Below, piece after piece: positions 1 through 9,840 of a stretch of 64,000 bases of DNA; positions within the stretch are counted from its first letter, which is position 1, and each line of letters starts with the position of its first letter. The position numbers were made by a program, and so were the translations under genes. Under the pieces are notes generated by a model. That model ran no database searches. It saw only the letters and a list, made by a program, of their open reading frames with translations, and was not told the origin of the DNA. This DNA comes from Myxococcota bacterium (GTDB lineage Bacteria; Myxococcota_A; UBA9160; UBA4427). Location: the NCBI GenBank assembly GCA_028278345.1, contig JANQEL010000206.1:2341-66340 (forward strand), read 5' to 3'.

Positions 1-2
1 AG

Positions 3-734
3 CAGCCCGATCTGCTGAGGGCCCTGGTCAAGGGGGGAAGCGACGTCGATGCGCCGCTGATCAGCGGGCTCACGCCACTCACCCACGCCGTGACCACGGG
101 CAACTCGCGCGTGGCTGCGGTGTTGATCCGGGCCGGTGCCGACGTCGGACGCGCCGACGCCCGCGGCTACACCCCGCTACGGCTCGCGGCCGAGCGCGGT
201 CACGGCGACATCGTCGAACAGCTGCTCGACGCCGGCGCTTCGGTTTCGTCGATCGCAAGAGAGGGACGCTCGCCGTTGATCGCGGCCCTCGAACGCGAAC
301 AGGGCGGACTCGCCCTGCGTCTGCTCCAGGCGGGGGCCGACCCCAGGGCGCGAAACGCGGGGCAGGTTCCCGCACTCGCGATCGCAGCCGAGACCGGCGC
401 CGTCGATGTCGTGAGCGCACTGCTCGAACGCATGCCCGAAGGCGAAATCGAGCTGGCGAGTCACGCCCTTCATCGCGTTCTGCAGCGCATCGATCGCAAC
501 GCGCGCGCGGACAGGCGTCGACAACACTCGGGACGCGCGGGGTCGGCGTCCCAGCGCGACACCGATGCGCAGGTGCACGCGCGGCTACTCGAAGCCGCGC
601 ACCTGCTGCTCGACCATGGAGCCCAACTCGACTGGCAACCGCGCGAGGGCGCGGGCGAACGCAAGGGCGAGAGCGCCCTGCGCCTCGCTAGGCGCCTGGG
701 CCTGGAGTCGCTGCTGGAGCGGGCGGCGCCGTAG
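3..734 (+). CDS. Ankyrin repeat protein, 5'-truncated by the window edge
   Basis: The frame is open from position 3 (QPDLLRALVKGGSDVDAPLISGLTPLTHAV...). It carries repeated ankyrin motifs GYTPLRLAA, GRSPLIAAL, GESALRLA and LLxAGAD. Confidence 0.85.
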   Translation, partial: QPDLLRALVKGGSDVDAPLISGLTPLTHAVTTGNSRVAAVLIRAGADVGRADARGYTPLRLAAERGHGDIVEQLLDAGASVSSIAREGRSPLIAALEREQGGLALRLLQAGADPRARNAGQVPALAIAAETGAVDVVSALLERMPEGEIELASHALHRVLQRIDRNARADRRRQHSGRAGSASQRDTDAQVHARLLEAAHLLLDHGAQLDWQPREGAGERKGESALRLARRLGLESLLERAAP

Positions 735-2700
735 GCTGCGCTTTGCTCGCCTCGGTCTTCGTCGCTTCGTCGAGACGGGCCGGGGGTGCCGACGGTTCCG
801 ACGTCGACTGCGCTGTCTGGGCCTCTTCGACGTCGTCGACTTCGGTGTCGGGAAGCGGAAGCTTCGGCGCCGACGAGGCGGCCTCGGGGATCGCGGTGTA
901 CTCGTTGATGACGAGCATCTCGTCGGGAATGTCGGTGGTGGCCGGCTTGGGCTGCGTCTTCGGCTTCGCGGTTGCGGCCGTGTTCGATGGAGCCGCGGGC
1001 GTCGGAGATTCCACCTCTGCGGCGGACTCCTTGGGCGTGACCGGCGCAGCGGGCGTCGACGCGACTTCTTCGGTCGGCTCGGCCGGCGTTTCCGACTCGG
1101 CGACCGCTTCCTCTGCTTCAACCGCCGTTGCGTCCTCGAGTTCGACGTCGGGGATCGGCACGAGATCGGCGTTCGGGTCGGCGACCAGTTCGTCGGCACG
1201 ATCGATCAGGCTCGGTGGAAGGATTGCGGTTTCGACGGCGGCCTCTTCGCTGGCTTCGGTCTCTTCGACATCCCCGGTCGAATCGATGTCAGCGACCGCT
1301 TCTTCATCAGCCAGCTTCGGCTTCACGATGGCGAGCTTGGGCGTCTTCTCGAGCACCTTCTCGATCTTCACCTCGGCGCTCTCGATCAACTCGGTCGGTA
1401 CGCTGAGCTGCGACCAGGCGAACCATCCGATGGCGGCGAGCAGCACCGCTCCGATCACCATGCCACCGGTCCGTCGCGGTGGTTTCTGGATCGGCGCGAT
1501 GGTGCTGCCGGGACGCGAGATGCCGACCAACTGGCTCGGTGATCGTTCTGCCTCGTAGAAGTCGGCGAACTTGTCGGCGTGGGGTTCGTCTTCGAGTTCG
1601 AGACTGGCTCCCTTCTCCTGGCTTTCGGTTTGTGCCTCCGATGCCGTGTGGAGGTGATCGGGGCTGTCTTCGGTGACGAGGAGGTTGGCGATGTCTTCCC
1701 TCACGACCGGTGCGGGATCGGGGCGCAGGGTCACTTCCGGTTCGTCCTCGAGAGAGGCCTGGGCGTTGGGATCGTCGAGCATCTCCTGGGCCGAGGGGCC
1801 GGCCGATCCGAAGTCGCCGATCGAGAGATCGCCGGTGAGGTCGAGGCTCTTGCTGTCGCTCGATTCAGCGCTGGTTTCGGGCCGAGCAGCCGGACGCGCA
1901 GGTGGAAGGTCGAGATCGTTGCCGCAGAGCTCGTCGATGAAGTCTTCGTTGATCGAGGTGATGCCGCGGATGCCGCCTTCGATCAGGATGCGTTCACACA
2001 ACGCGTTGATCGCGCCGGGCACACCCCCCGTGTTCGCGTGGATCGCGCGTAGCGCGTCGGGGGTGAAGAGTTCGCCTCCTGCCCAACCTGCCTTGGCGAG
2101 GTGCTTCTCGACGTAGTGTCGAATGCCCTCGACGGGAATCGGGGAGAACTGCAGCTGCAGGGTGGTGAACTTGTCGAGCCACCACAGCAGTGGGATTTCC
2201 GCGCCAGACGCGGCGGATTCGAGATTGGCGAGCATCACGCAGTGGACGAGCTGCTGACCCTCCTCGTCCTTGTACTGCAGCAGGATGTCGAGGTGGTCGA
2301 GGGTTTCGTGACTCAGGCGCTCGGCCTGATCGAAGACGATGACGAGGCGCTTGCCGGGTTCGCGCGCGGCGATCAACGACTTGCGCGACATCGCGCTGCC
2401 TTCCACGCCGAACTTCTTGCAGGCACGCGCGCGGATCTCTTCCCAACTGCGACCGGGGTCGATCGAGACGGCGACCTGGGCTTCGCCGGCCAGGAGCTTC
2501 GGAAGCGCGCGGCCGAAGCTGGTCTTGCCCAGACCCTCCGAGCCGTTCAGACAGATGCGCGGTGCACCTTCTTCGAGGCCCTGTTTCACCTGGGCGAGAG
2601 CGCCCTTGAGCGCCTGGGTGCCGAGCACCATGCCGCGCTTGGTGACCGATCCGTCGAACGGGGAGGAAGCGAATTGGTAGAAACGCAGGTATGCCGCCAT
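688..2700 (-). CDS. ExeA/GspA/MshM-like AAA+ ATPase with a C-terminal TM helix and an acidic low-complexity tail
   Basis: Start re-assigned to ATG 2700 (MAAYLRFYQFASSPF, a typical ExeA-like N-terminus). Walker A is GSEGLGKT, Walker B is VIVFDQAE, and TGGVPGAINALC follows. TM segment MVIGAVLLAAIGWFAW. The upstream part of ORF 688..3513 is antisense to the hydrolase. Confidence 0.8.
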   Translation of the reverse strand: MAAYLRFYQFASSPFDGSVTKRGMVLGTQALKGALAQVKQGLEEGAPRICLNGSEGLGKTSFGRALPKLLAGEAQVAVSIDPGRSWEEIRARACKKFGVEGSAMSRKSLIAAREPGKRLVIVFDQAERLSHETLDHLDILLQYKDEEGQQLVHCVMLANLESAASGAEIPLLWWLDKFTTLQLQFSPIPVEGIRHYVEKHLAKAGWAGGELFTPDALRAIHANTGGVPGAINALCERILIEGGIRGITSINEDFIDELCGNDLDLPPARPAARPETSAESSDSKSLDLTGDLSIGDFGSAGPSAQEMLDDPNAQASLEDEPEVTLRPDPAPVVREDIANLLVTEDSPDHLHTASEAQTESQEKGASLELEDEPHADKFADFYEAERSPSQLVGISRPGSTIAPIQKPPRRTGGMVIGAVLLAAIGWFAWSQLSVPTELIESAEVKIEKVLEKTPKLAIVKPKLADEEAVADIDSTGDVEETEASEEAAVETAILPPSLIDRADELVADPNADLVPIPDVELEDATAVEAEEAVAESETPAEPTEEVASTPAAPVTPKESAAEVESPTPAAPSNTAATAKPKTQPKPATTDIPDEMLVINEYTAIPEAASSAPKLPLPDTEVDDVEEAQTAQSTSEPSAPPARLDEATKTEASKAQPTAPPAPAATPGPGA

Positions 2701-2766
2701 CGAAATACTCCGGGGACGCGCGTCGGCCTTGGCAGATCGGGGGGGCAACGCGCCGATTCCCAACTC

Positions 2767-2794
2767 GAATCGGCGGATCGGCGATGGGGCCTGA
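2767..2794 (-). promoter_or_regulatory. Putative sigma-28 (FliA/WhiG)-like promoter of the ExeA-like ATPase
   Basis: Minus strand reads TCAG-N16-GCCGATTC, 66 nt upstream of ATG 2700. Confidence 0.45.
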
Positions 2795-2937
2795 GAATTT
2801 CCGGCCGTCGTTTCGAACGGCGAAGCGACTCGCTTACGCACAGTGGGACCACGAATTGCGCATTGCCTGCCGGCATATGATGGGTCTTGCGCGAACATCC
2901 AGCTGCCGGACCGAACGAGAGCGAGGAGTGAACCCCC

Positions 2938-3828
2938 ATGGCAAGCGACGCACCGGTGGCCACGACGCCGCAGGATCGATTCTTCGACGGGCCCGATGGC
3001 CTGAAGCTCTACTACCGGGAACATCCTGCGCAGGGCGGCGACGGGGTCCCCGTGATCTGTCTGCCCGGGCTGACGCGCAACCACCGCGACTTCGACGAGT
3101 TGGCGAATCACATCTCGAGTTCGACCGGGCGGCGCGTTCTCTCGCCGGATCTGCGCGGACGTGGCCGCTCCGAATACGATCCCGAGGCGAAGCGCTACCA
3201 GCCCACCACCTACGTGGGAGACGTGGTGGCGCTGCTCGAAGCCGCCGATGCGCCGCGTGTCGTGGTCGTAGGGACATCCCTGGGTGGCCTGCTGGCGATG
3301 TTGCTCTCGGCGACCCAGCCGGACAGGGTCGCAGGTGTGGTGCTGAACGACATCGGCCCGGAGATCGACCCCACGGGCCTCGCGCGCATTCAGGGCTATG
3401 TGGGTGGCGGGGCCTCGTTCGCGAGCTGGCAAGAAGCCAGCGACGCGGTTCGGGCGCAGAACGTCGCCGCCTTTCCCGAACTCGACGACGAGGATTGGCT
3501 CGCCTTCGCGCATCGCACCTGTGTCGAAGACGAGGACGGCACGGTCCGGCTCGACTACGACCCGCGGATTGCCGAGCCGTTCTCGGAGACCGGGGGTGCG
3601 ACACCAGCGGCGGACATGTGGCCGCTATGGAGCGCGCTGAGTGAGATCCCCGCCCTGGCGATTCGCGGCGAGACGAGTGACATCCTCGCCCCCGCGACCT
3701 TCGATCGCATGGCGAGCGAAAAGCCCGATCTCGAGCGCGTCACGGTTCGAGGGGTCGGGCACGCGCCGCTGCTCAGTGAGCCCGAGTGCATCGTCGCGAT
3801 CGATGCGCTGCTCGATGTCGTCGACTGA
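2938..3828 (+). CDS. Alpha/beta fold hydrolase
   Basis: CLPGLTRN, DLRGRGRS, nucleophile elbow GTSLG and C-terminal GHAP. GGAG RBS upstream. Confidence 0.9.
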   Translation: MASDAPVATTPQDRFFDGPDGLKLYYREHPAQGGDGVPVICLPGLTRNHRDFDELANHISSSTGRRVLSPDLRGRGRSEYDPEAKRYQPTTYVGDVVALLEAADAPRVVVVGTSLGGLLAMLLSATQPDRVAGVVLNDIGPEIDPTGLARIQGYVGGGASFASWQEASDAVRAQNVAAFPELDDEDWLAFAHRTCVEDEDGTVRLDYDPRIAEPFSETGGATPAADMWPLWSALSEIPALAIRGETSDILAPATFDRMASEKPDLERVTVRGVGHAPLLSEPECIVAIDALLDVVD

Positions 3829-3856
3829 AGGACGGATCGACGCTCGCACCGCGTCC

Positions 3857-5701
3857 TCAGATGCGCGGCGCGAGGGGGAGTTCGATCACGAAGCGCGCGC
3901 CGCCTTCTCTGGAATCCTCGAGGCGTAGTTCGCCCTGATGACCGCGAATCACACCGTTCGCGATCGGTAGGCCGAGGCCGGTGCCGGTTTCGCGAGTCGT
4001 GTAGAAGGGCTCGAAGATCCTCTCGCGATCGCTTTCCGGGATGCCGGAACCGTCGTCGCCGACCAGGATGCGAATGCAGTTCGCGTCGGGGTCGTGTTCG
4101 ACCTCGACGCTCACATGCCCGCCTCGAGGCAGCGCTTCGATCGCGTTGATGACGAGGCTTTCTAGAGCGGTGACGAGCAGGGGGCGATCGACCGCGATCG
4201 CGGGAATGGCGCTTCCGGCCTCGATCGAAAGGACGACGGCCTTGTTCTCGGCCGCGCTGGTTACGTTCCGGCGCAGGTCGGCCAGGATGTCTTCGATCTC
4301 TTCGGGGCGGCGATCGATCTTGCCCTCGCGGTAGAGCTCGAGGGTTCGCTTCACGACGTCGCCGACGTGATGGGCAAGCTCGAGCAGTTCGGCGAGACGG
4401 GGATCCTTGCCCCCCGATTGGTGGAGCAGGAGCGAGAGTTCGGTCACCAGCGCGCCGAGCGGATTGTTGATGCTGTGTGCGACGCGGCCGGCGAGATCGC
4501 GCGCGGTGCCCATGCGCTCGGCATCGAGCAGCAGGGTCTGGAGCTCGCGCAGATCGCGGTTCTTGCGCTCGAGTTCGCGAGTTCGATCGGCCACCTCGCG
4601 TTCGAGGGTTTCGCGATAGTCGCGATCGCGTGCTTCGCTTGCGATGCGTTGATCGACGTCGCGAAGGATGGCGACCGTGCAGTCTTCGCCCGTCTTGCGG
4701 CGATAGAGGCGCGCCTCCATCTCGTAGAAGCGCACGCTTTCATCCGAGGTGCGAAGGCGGAAGATGGGACGCGCGGTGGCGCGTTCGCGGTGCTCGAAGG
4801 TGGCCGTGAGGTAGTCGGCGACGACGGTGCGATCGTCGGGATGAACCCAATCTTCGAACGCGATGGCACGCGGACGGATCTCCTCCATCCCCACGACCTG
4901 GGCGGTAGCGGGGTTCGCGTAGAGCACGTGGAGATCGGGGGCGAACTCGACGATCGAATCGGTCGCGGTTTCCGCGAGCGCCCGGTAGCGCTCTTCGCTC
5001 TCTTCGAGCTTCGAATAGGCGGCTTCGAGTTCTTCGAAACCCCGCTGCAGTTCGTGTTGCTGTTTTTCGAGTTGCTCGAAGGCGGCGCGCGTCGAGAAGG
5101 CGGCGCGAATGGCGGTGCGCAGCCTCGCGGTGAGCGAGCGCGACGCGGGTGGCGCGACGATCCACTGCCCGAAGCGCGGCTGGATATCGGCGATCACCTC
5201 GGCGTGGGGCAGTCCGAGCAGGGTGGGGCAGCTGCGAATCGCGCCGGTCGCCAGGTGGAAGAGCTGCGGACAGGGCCGATCGCTGCCCGGGATGCGACAC
5301 ACGATGCGCAGGCGCCCGCTGTCGATCGGGTCGATGCGGCTCTCGAGCTGCGGTATGACCCGCGGTAGCGCCCAACGTTGCGCAGCCGAGTAGAGGGCGT
5401 GGGGCGTCGCGGTGAAACCCGCAATGCGACGCAGCACGGGGGCCACGGTGATGCGATCGAAACCGCCGCCGGCGCGCTCGAGACCCTGGGGTCCGCCGAG
5501 CAGGCGTTCGAGGCGCTCCATCACGACGACGAAATCGCTCCACGCGTAGCGTGGATGTCCGACGCGCAGCGCCGCACGTTCGATCGAGAGACCCTCGAGC
5601 AGCGGGTCGGGGTCGTGACCGAGTCGGTCCACGCCGTCGAGCAGATCGGCGATCATGCGTCCGGATACCTGGGACATCGTGTGCTTGTCGTGCTCCCGCA
5701 T
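3857..5701 (-). CDS. PAS-domain sensor histidine kinase (start may be ATG 5677)
   Basis: PAS (YANPA...VHPDDR), H-box AHSINNPL, N-box NAIEA, G1 DDGSGI, F-box IFEPFYTT, G2 GTGLGL. Confidence 0.88.
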   Translation of the reverse strand: MREHDKHTMSQVSGRMIADLLDGVDRLGHDPDPLLEGLSIERAALRVGHPRYAWSDFVVVMERLERLLGGPQGLERAGGGFDRITVAPVLRRIAGFTATPHALYSAAQRWALPRVIPQLESRIDPIDSGRLRIVCRIPGSDRPCPQLFHLATGAIRSCPTLLGLPHAEVIADIQPRFGQWIVAPPASRSLTARLRTAIRAAFSTRAAFEQLEKQQHELQRGFEELEAAYSKLEESEERYRALAETATDSIVEFAPDLHVLYANPATAQVVGMEEIRPRAIAFEDWVHPDDRTVVADYLTATFEHRERATARPIFRLRTSDESVRFYEMEARLYRRKTGEDCTVAILRDVDQRIASEARDRDYRETLEREVADRTRELERKNRDLRELQTLLLDAERMGTARDLAGRVAHSINNPLGALVTELSLLLHQSGGKDPRLAELLELAHHVGDVVKRTLELYREGKIDRRPEEIEDILADLRRNVTSAAENKAVVLSIEAGSAIPAIAVDRPLLVTALESLVINAIEALPRGGHVSVEVEHDPDANCIRILVGDDGSGIPESDRERIFEPFYTTRETGTGLGLPIANGVIRGHQGELRLEDSREGGARFVIELPLAPRI

Positions 5702-5932
5702 TGACCAGCAGTGGTGACGAACGCGTCTCGTCTTTCGTCCATCGCGTCGTGCGCGCCTGCGAGGGGCGCATCACCCTACACCATGATGCGACCGACCCCT
5801 TGGGGGGGCAATGCTCGCCGGCCAGATTGTTGAGGTGCAAGCTGCCCGAGTGCCGACTCGCATCTTCCGTGCAGCTTCCGTCCGGCGTTTCGCGAGCCGG
5901 ATCGAATCATCGAGGCGCGCGGAGGCGGTATC

Positions 5933-8173
5933 ATGCGCGCCATGCCTGATCGCCCCGCGGCGGATTCGCCTTCTACCGCAGCGCTCGCGGGTGCCGTTGC
6001 GACCCTGTGTCTCGCTTTCGTGTTCGTCGTACCGCTTGCGACGCGCTGTCTCACAATGGCGGACGAGGGGTATCTCCTCCTGCAGGCGCTCGATCTCGCG
6101 AATGGCAAGGTGCTCTACCGCGACATGGACGCCTTCGTGACGCCCGGGATGTGGTTCCTCCTCGCCTTCGTCTTCGAGTGGCTGGAGCCGAGCGTCTGGG
6201 CTTCGCGGATCCCGGTGGTGATCGCGTACCTCGGCCTGATCGCACTGGCGTGGCGCATCCCGGCGCTCGTGTGCGGCGCGCGGGTCGGGTTCGCGAGCGT
6301 GGCGGTCATGATGGTCGCGAGCGTCTGGGCCTTTCCCGCCTGGACGTTCGCGTTCTACTCCCCGTTTTCGGTGCTCTTCGCTCTGGCTGCGCTGGAGCGC
6401 TTGTTGGTGTTTCGCGAGGGCGTGTTGTCCGCGGGCGAGGGTGAGCCGCGCAGTCGCCGAACCCTCCTACAACTCGGGCTCTGGCTCGGGTGTTCGATCC
6501 TCTTCAAGCAGAACTACGGCGTCTTTGCGCTGCTGGGTACCGGGCTCGCCCTCGTCGTCATTCGCTACGAGGTGTTGGCGTCGCTTTCGGGCGCGATCCA
6601 ACGTGCGTTGCGCGATGTCGGCTGGCTCTCCCTCGCGATGGCGGTTGTCGGGCTCCCGAGCGTGCTCTATCTCGTGGTCACGGGTTCCGTCGACGAGGCC
6701 TTCTACAGCCTGGCCGTTCACCCGTTCGAGTTCAGCGGGCGCCACGGTATTCCCTACCTCGCCTTCGGCGCGCTCTTCGCTCCCGACGTCATGAGCGAAA
6801 CCCTCGACATCATGACCTACGGCGCCCAGCCCATCTATCGCGCGCCGATTCCTCCGGGCTTCGTCGAGAGCGCACGCCTGATCGAGCGGATGCACGTGCT
6901 GCTGTACTGGTTCCCGCCCCTGATTGCGATCCTGGGTACGACCCTCGCACTCACGGGTCGCGATGAACGGGCTGCCGCACGAACGAAGAACGACGGTCCC
7001 CTGCTGCACGGGGGGCTCGTGAGCGTGTTGCTCGTCGCCTTCTTCGTCTTCTTGGGAACATTTCCGCGCGCCGACTTCAATCATCTGATCAATATCTATC
7101 AACCGGTGGTAATCGCAGGTGCCGTGGTGTTCGGCATTCTCGGGGATCGGCTGCGTGCGGTGAGCGCGCTTCGCAGTCGCGTCGTCGGAGTCGCGTTGAC
7201 CGCGGTGCTGCTGGCCTTCGGGGCCGTCGCGGGCTTCTGGTACTACGCGTTGATTACCACGATGAGTTTCGAGGTCGAAGGACCGCGCGGCGGCGTCAAG
7301 ATCTCCCCTCCCGAAGCGGCGAGTCTGCGCAATCTGATGCGCAACGTCGATCAGCTGAGTTCACCGGGCGAGGCCCTGCTCACCGTTCCCGACATCGCGA
7401 TGCTGAACTTCCTGATGGATCGCCCGATGCCAAGTGCCTACTACAACCTCTATGAGCACCACATCGCGCACGATGGGGGAGCGGCCGTTGCGCAAGGCGC
7501 CGAAGCGATGGACGCCAGGGTGGTCGTCACGCGCCTCAACAACTTCTTCTCGGATCGCGTAGGCCTGCGCGACTACGCGCCGGCACTGACGCAGTACCTC
7601 GATACCCATTTCGAGCAGAAGTACACGATCGGGCGGGCGGAGTATCTCATCTTCACGCGTCGCGATGAGCCGGTCGCGGCCGAACGATTCACCTCCGTGC
7701 TCGACGATTGTTCGCTTCCCTCATCCGGGATCGCGAAGAGCGAGATCGAGGATCATCTGCTCTTCCGCACCCTCTATCAGACGATGGGCCCGGGGCATGC
7801 CCTGCCCGAAGAAACACTGGAGGTGCGCTGTCGGGTCGAGGTGCCCGAGGTCGGGGGGCATCTTACGTTCGGCTTCGACCACCCCTTCCCCGTCCTGCGT
7901 CGCACACCTGCGTCGCTCCACGCCGAAGTGCTCGTGAACGATGGAGAGGAAACGCGTCGCGTGTTCTCGGAGTTGATCCAGATCAAGACCGCGCGCGAGC
8001 GTCGGATGCGCATTCCGGCACCGCGCGAGTTCAGTGTCGATCTCTCCGACTTCGCGGGAAGGCCAATCGAACTCGTGCTGCGCGCGACGCGCAACGGGCG
8101 GGTGGTGATGTCGAAGAACGCGATGCGCAGCTTCGGCGCCCGCTGGCAACATCCTCGCATCGTTTCCAATTGA
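5933..8173 (+). CDS. Polytopic membrane protein, putative GT-C fold (ArnT/PMT-like) glycosyltransferase
   Basis: DEG motif after the first TM, YRD...PG, KQNYG, many TM helices and a soluble C-terminal domain. Paralogous to 11313..13565. Confidence 0.65.
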   Translation: MRAMPDRPAADSPSTAALAGAVATLCLAFVFVVPLATRCLTMADEGYLLLQALDLANGKVLYRDMDAFVTPGMWFLLAFVFEWLEPSVWASRIPVVIAYLGLIALAWRIPALVCGARVGFASVAVMMVASVWAFPAWTFAFYSPFSVLFALAALERLLVFREGVLSAGEGEPRSRRTLLQLGLWLGCSILFKQNYGVFALLGTGLALVVIRYEVLASLSGAIQRALRDVGWLSLAMAVVGLPSVLYLVVTGSVDEAFYSLAVHPFEFSGRHGIPYLAFGALFAPDVMSETLDIMTYGAQPIYRAPIPPGFVESARLIERMHVLLYWFPPLIAILGTTLALTGRDERAAARTKNDGPLLHGGLVSVLLVAFFVFLGTFPRADFNHLINIYQPVVIAGAVVFGILGDRLRAVSALRSRVVGVALTAVLLAFGAVAGFWYYALITTMSFEVEGPRGGVKISPPEAASLRNLMRNVDQLSSPGEALLTVPDIAMLNFLMDRPMPSAYYNLYEHHIAHDGGAAVAQGAEAMDARVVVTRLNNFFSDRVGLRDYAPALTQYLDTHFEQKYTIGRAEYLIFTRRDEPVAAERFTSVLDDCSLPSSGIAKSEIEDHLLFRTLYQTMGPGHALPEETLEVRCRVEVPEVGGHLTFGFDHPFPVLRRTPASLHAEVLVNDGEETRRVFSELIQIKTARERRMRIPAPREFSVDLSDFAGRPIELVLRATRNGRVVMSKNAMRSFGARWQHPRIVSN

Positions 8174-8187
8174 CGGGGCGACGAAGC

Positions 8188-9840
8188 TCAGTCGGTCGCG
8201 GAGGCCGGATCGCCCGCGAGTCGTGCCGCGACTTCCTCGTGGCCCGCGTCGATCGCTAGATCGCGCGGGGTCTTGCCCTTCATGTTGCGCGCGTCGCGGT
8301 TGGAGCCGGCTTCGAGCAGCAGCTGCACGCACTCGGCATGTCCCTCTTCGGCGGCAGTGTGAAGGGGTGTCTTGTTCCCAATCGCAGCGATGCGCGGGTC
8401 GGCACCCTTTTCGAGCAGCGCGGTCATCATCTCGGGCTGCCCCTGCTGTGCGCTCATGTAGAGGGGCGTCGCGCCATCCTTGTTGCGCGCGTCGAGCTCC
8501 GCACCGCCTTCGAGCAGCATGTCGGCGGTATCGATCAGGCCGCGGGATGCTGCGCGGTGGAGCGGTGTCGTCTGGTTGGCTCCGCGTGCCCGTACGTCGG
8601 CGCCGTGTTCGATCAGTCGTTGCGCGACCTCGCCGTACCCCATGCGCGCTGCGTTGTGGAGGGGCGTGTCGCCCTTCTCGTCGCGTGATTCGAGGGGAGT
8701 CTCGGCATCGAGCAGTGCATCCACGGCGTCGCCGCGGCCCTCCAGCGCGGCCAGGTGGAGTGGCGTTGCACCTGTCTCGTCGGATGCATCGCTTCGTGCC
8801 CCGGCTTCGAGCAGTCGGTCGAGCGGTTCGACATGACCTTCCCGGGCGGCGAGGTGCAGAGGGGTATGACCTTCGCGATCCCTGGCTTCGAGTGGGCTTC
8901 CGCGCTCGATCAGGACCTCGACCACCCGTTCGCGGTCGTGCAGCGCGGCGATGTGCAGTGCGGCGCGACCATCGTGGTTTCGCTTGTCGCTCGGCAGGCC
9001 CGCTTCGACGAGTCGCGAAGCAATGCCCTCGTGGCCCGCGCGCGCTGCGACGTGCAGTGCGGTATCGCCCGCGAGATCGCCGTTTTCGATCGGACTCCCG
9101 GCTTCGAGTAGGGCGCCGAGCGAAGCTTCGTGGCCGTGCCACGCAGCGATGTGAAGCGCGAGATGCTCGCGTTGATCGGTCGCGCCGGGATCTTCACCGG
9201 CGAGCACGAGCTTGGGAATGGTTCCGGCGGCGTCGCCCTGGGCGGCGACGTGCAGGGCGGTGCCCTCGCGCGTGCGGAGCGTCGCGGGTCTGGCTCCGGC
9301 GGCGAGCAACGCCTCTGCGACTTCGTCGTGTCCCTGCTGCAGCGCGAGGTAGAGCGGTGTGAAGCCGGTCGATGTCCGGAGGTCGGCTTCGAGGCCGAGG
9401 GCGACGAGGCGTGCGACGGCGCTGTGTGCACCAGCGTGGGCTGCGGCGTGCAGTGCCGTCCAACCCCCCGCGGCCCTCGCGCGCGGATCGGCGCCGGCAC
9501 GGAGGAGACCCTCGATCACGGAGGCGTGATCTTCGCGTGCGGCGAGGTAGAGGGGCGTCTGGTTCTGTGGCCCGGGCTGATCGACATCGGCTCCCGCCGC
9601 GACGATCGCTTCGGTGGCGGCGAGGCTTCCGCTCATCGCGGCGACGTGGAGCAATGCGAAACCATCCTCGTTGCGAAGCGCGAGGTGAGACGCGTCGAGC
9701 TGTTCGCGCAGCTCGCCTGTCTCCTCTGTATCGATCCACGAGAACGGGTCGGGCGCTTCGGCTTCCGGGGACGAGCACCCGACGGCGAAGAGCGAAGCGC
9801 CGACGACGGCCGCGACCGTTCCTCGGAGGTCGCGCGCCAT
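8188..9840 (-). CDS. Ankyrin repeat lipoprotein (roughly 14-15 repeats)
   Basis: Signal peptide with lipobox (LFAVGC), then tandem 33-aa GxTPLHxAA repeats. Confidence 0.9.
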   Translation of the reverse strand: MARDLRGTVAAVVGASLFAVGCSSPEAEAPDPFSWIDTEETGELREQLDASHLALRNEDGFALLHVAAMSGSLAATEAIVAAGADVDQPGPQNQTPLYLAAREDHASVIEGLLRAGADPRARAAGGWTALHAAAHAGAHSAVARLVALGLEADLRTSTGFTPLYLALQQGHDEVAEALLAAGARPATLRTREGTALHVAAQGDAAGTIPKLVLAGEDPGATDQREHLALHIAAWHGHEASLGALLEAGSPIENGDLAGDTALHVAARAGHEGIASRLVEAGLPSDKRNHDGRAALHIAALHDRERVVEVLIERGSPLEARDREGHTPLHLAAREGHVEPLDRLLEAGARSDASDETGATPLHLAALEGRGDAVDALLDAETPLESRDEKGDTPLHNAARMGYGEVAQRLIEHGADVRARGANQTTPLHRAASRGLIDTADMLLEGGAELDARNKDGATPLYMSAQQGQPEMMTALLEKGADPRIAAIGNKTPLHTAAEEGHAECVQLLLEAGSNRDARNMKGKTPRDLAIDAGHEEVAARLAGDPASATD

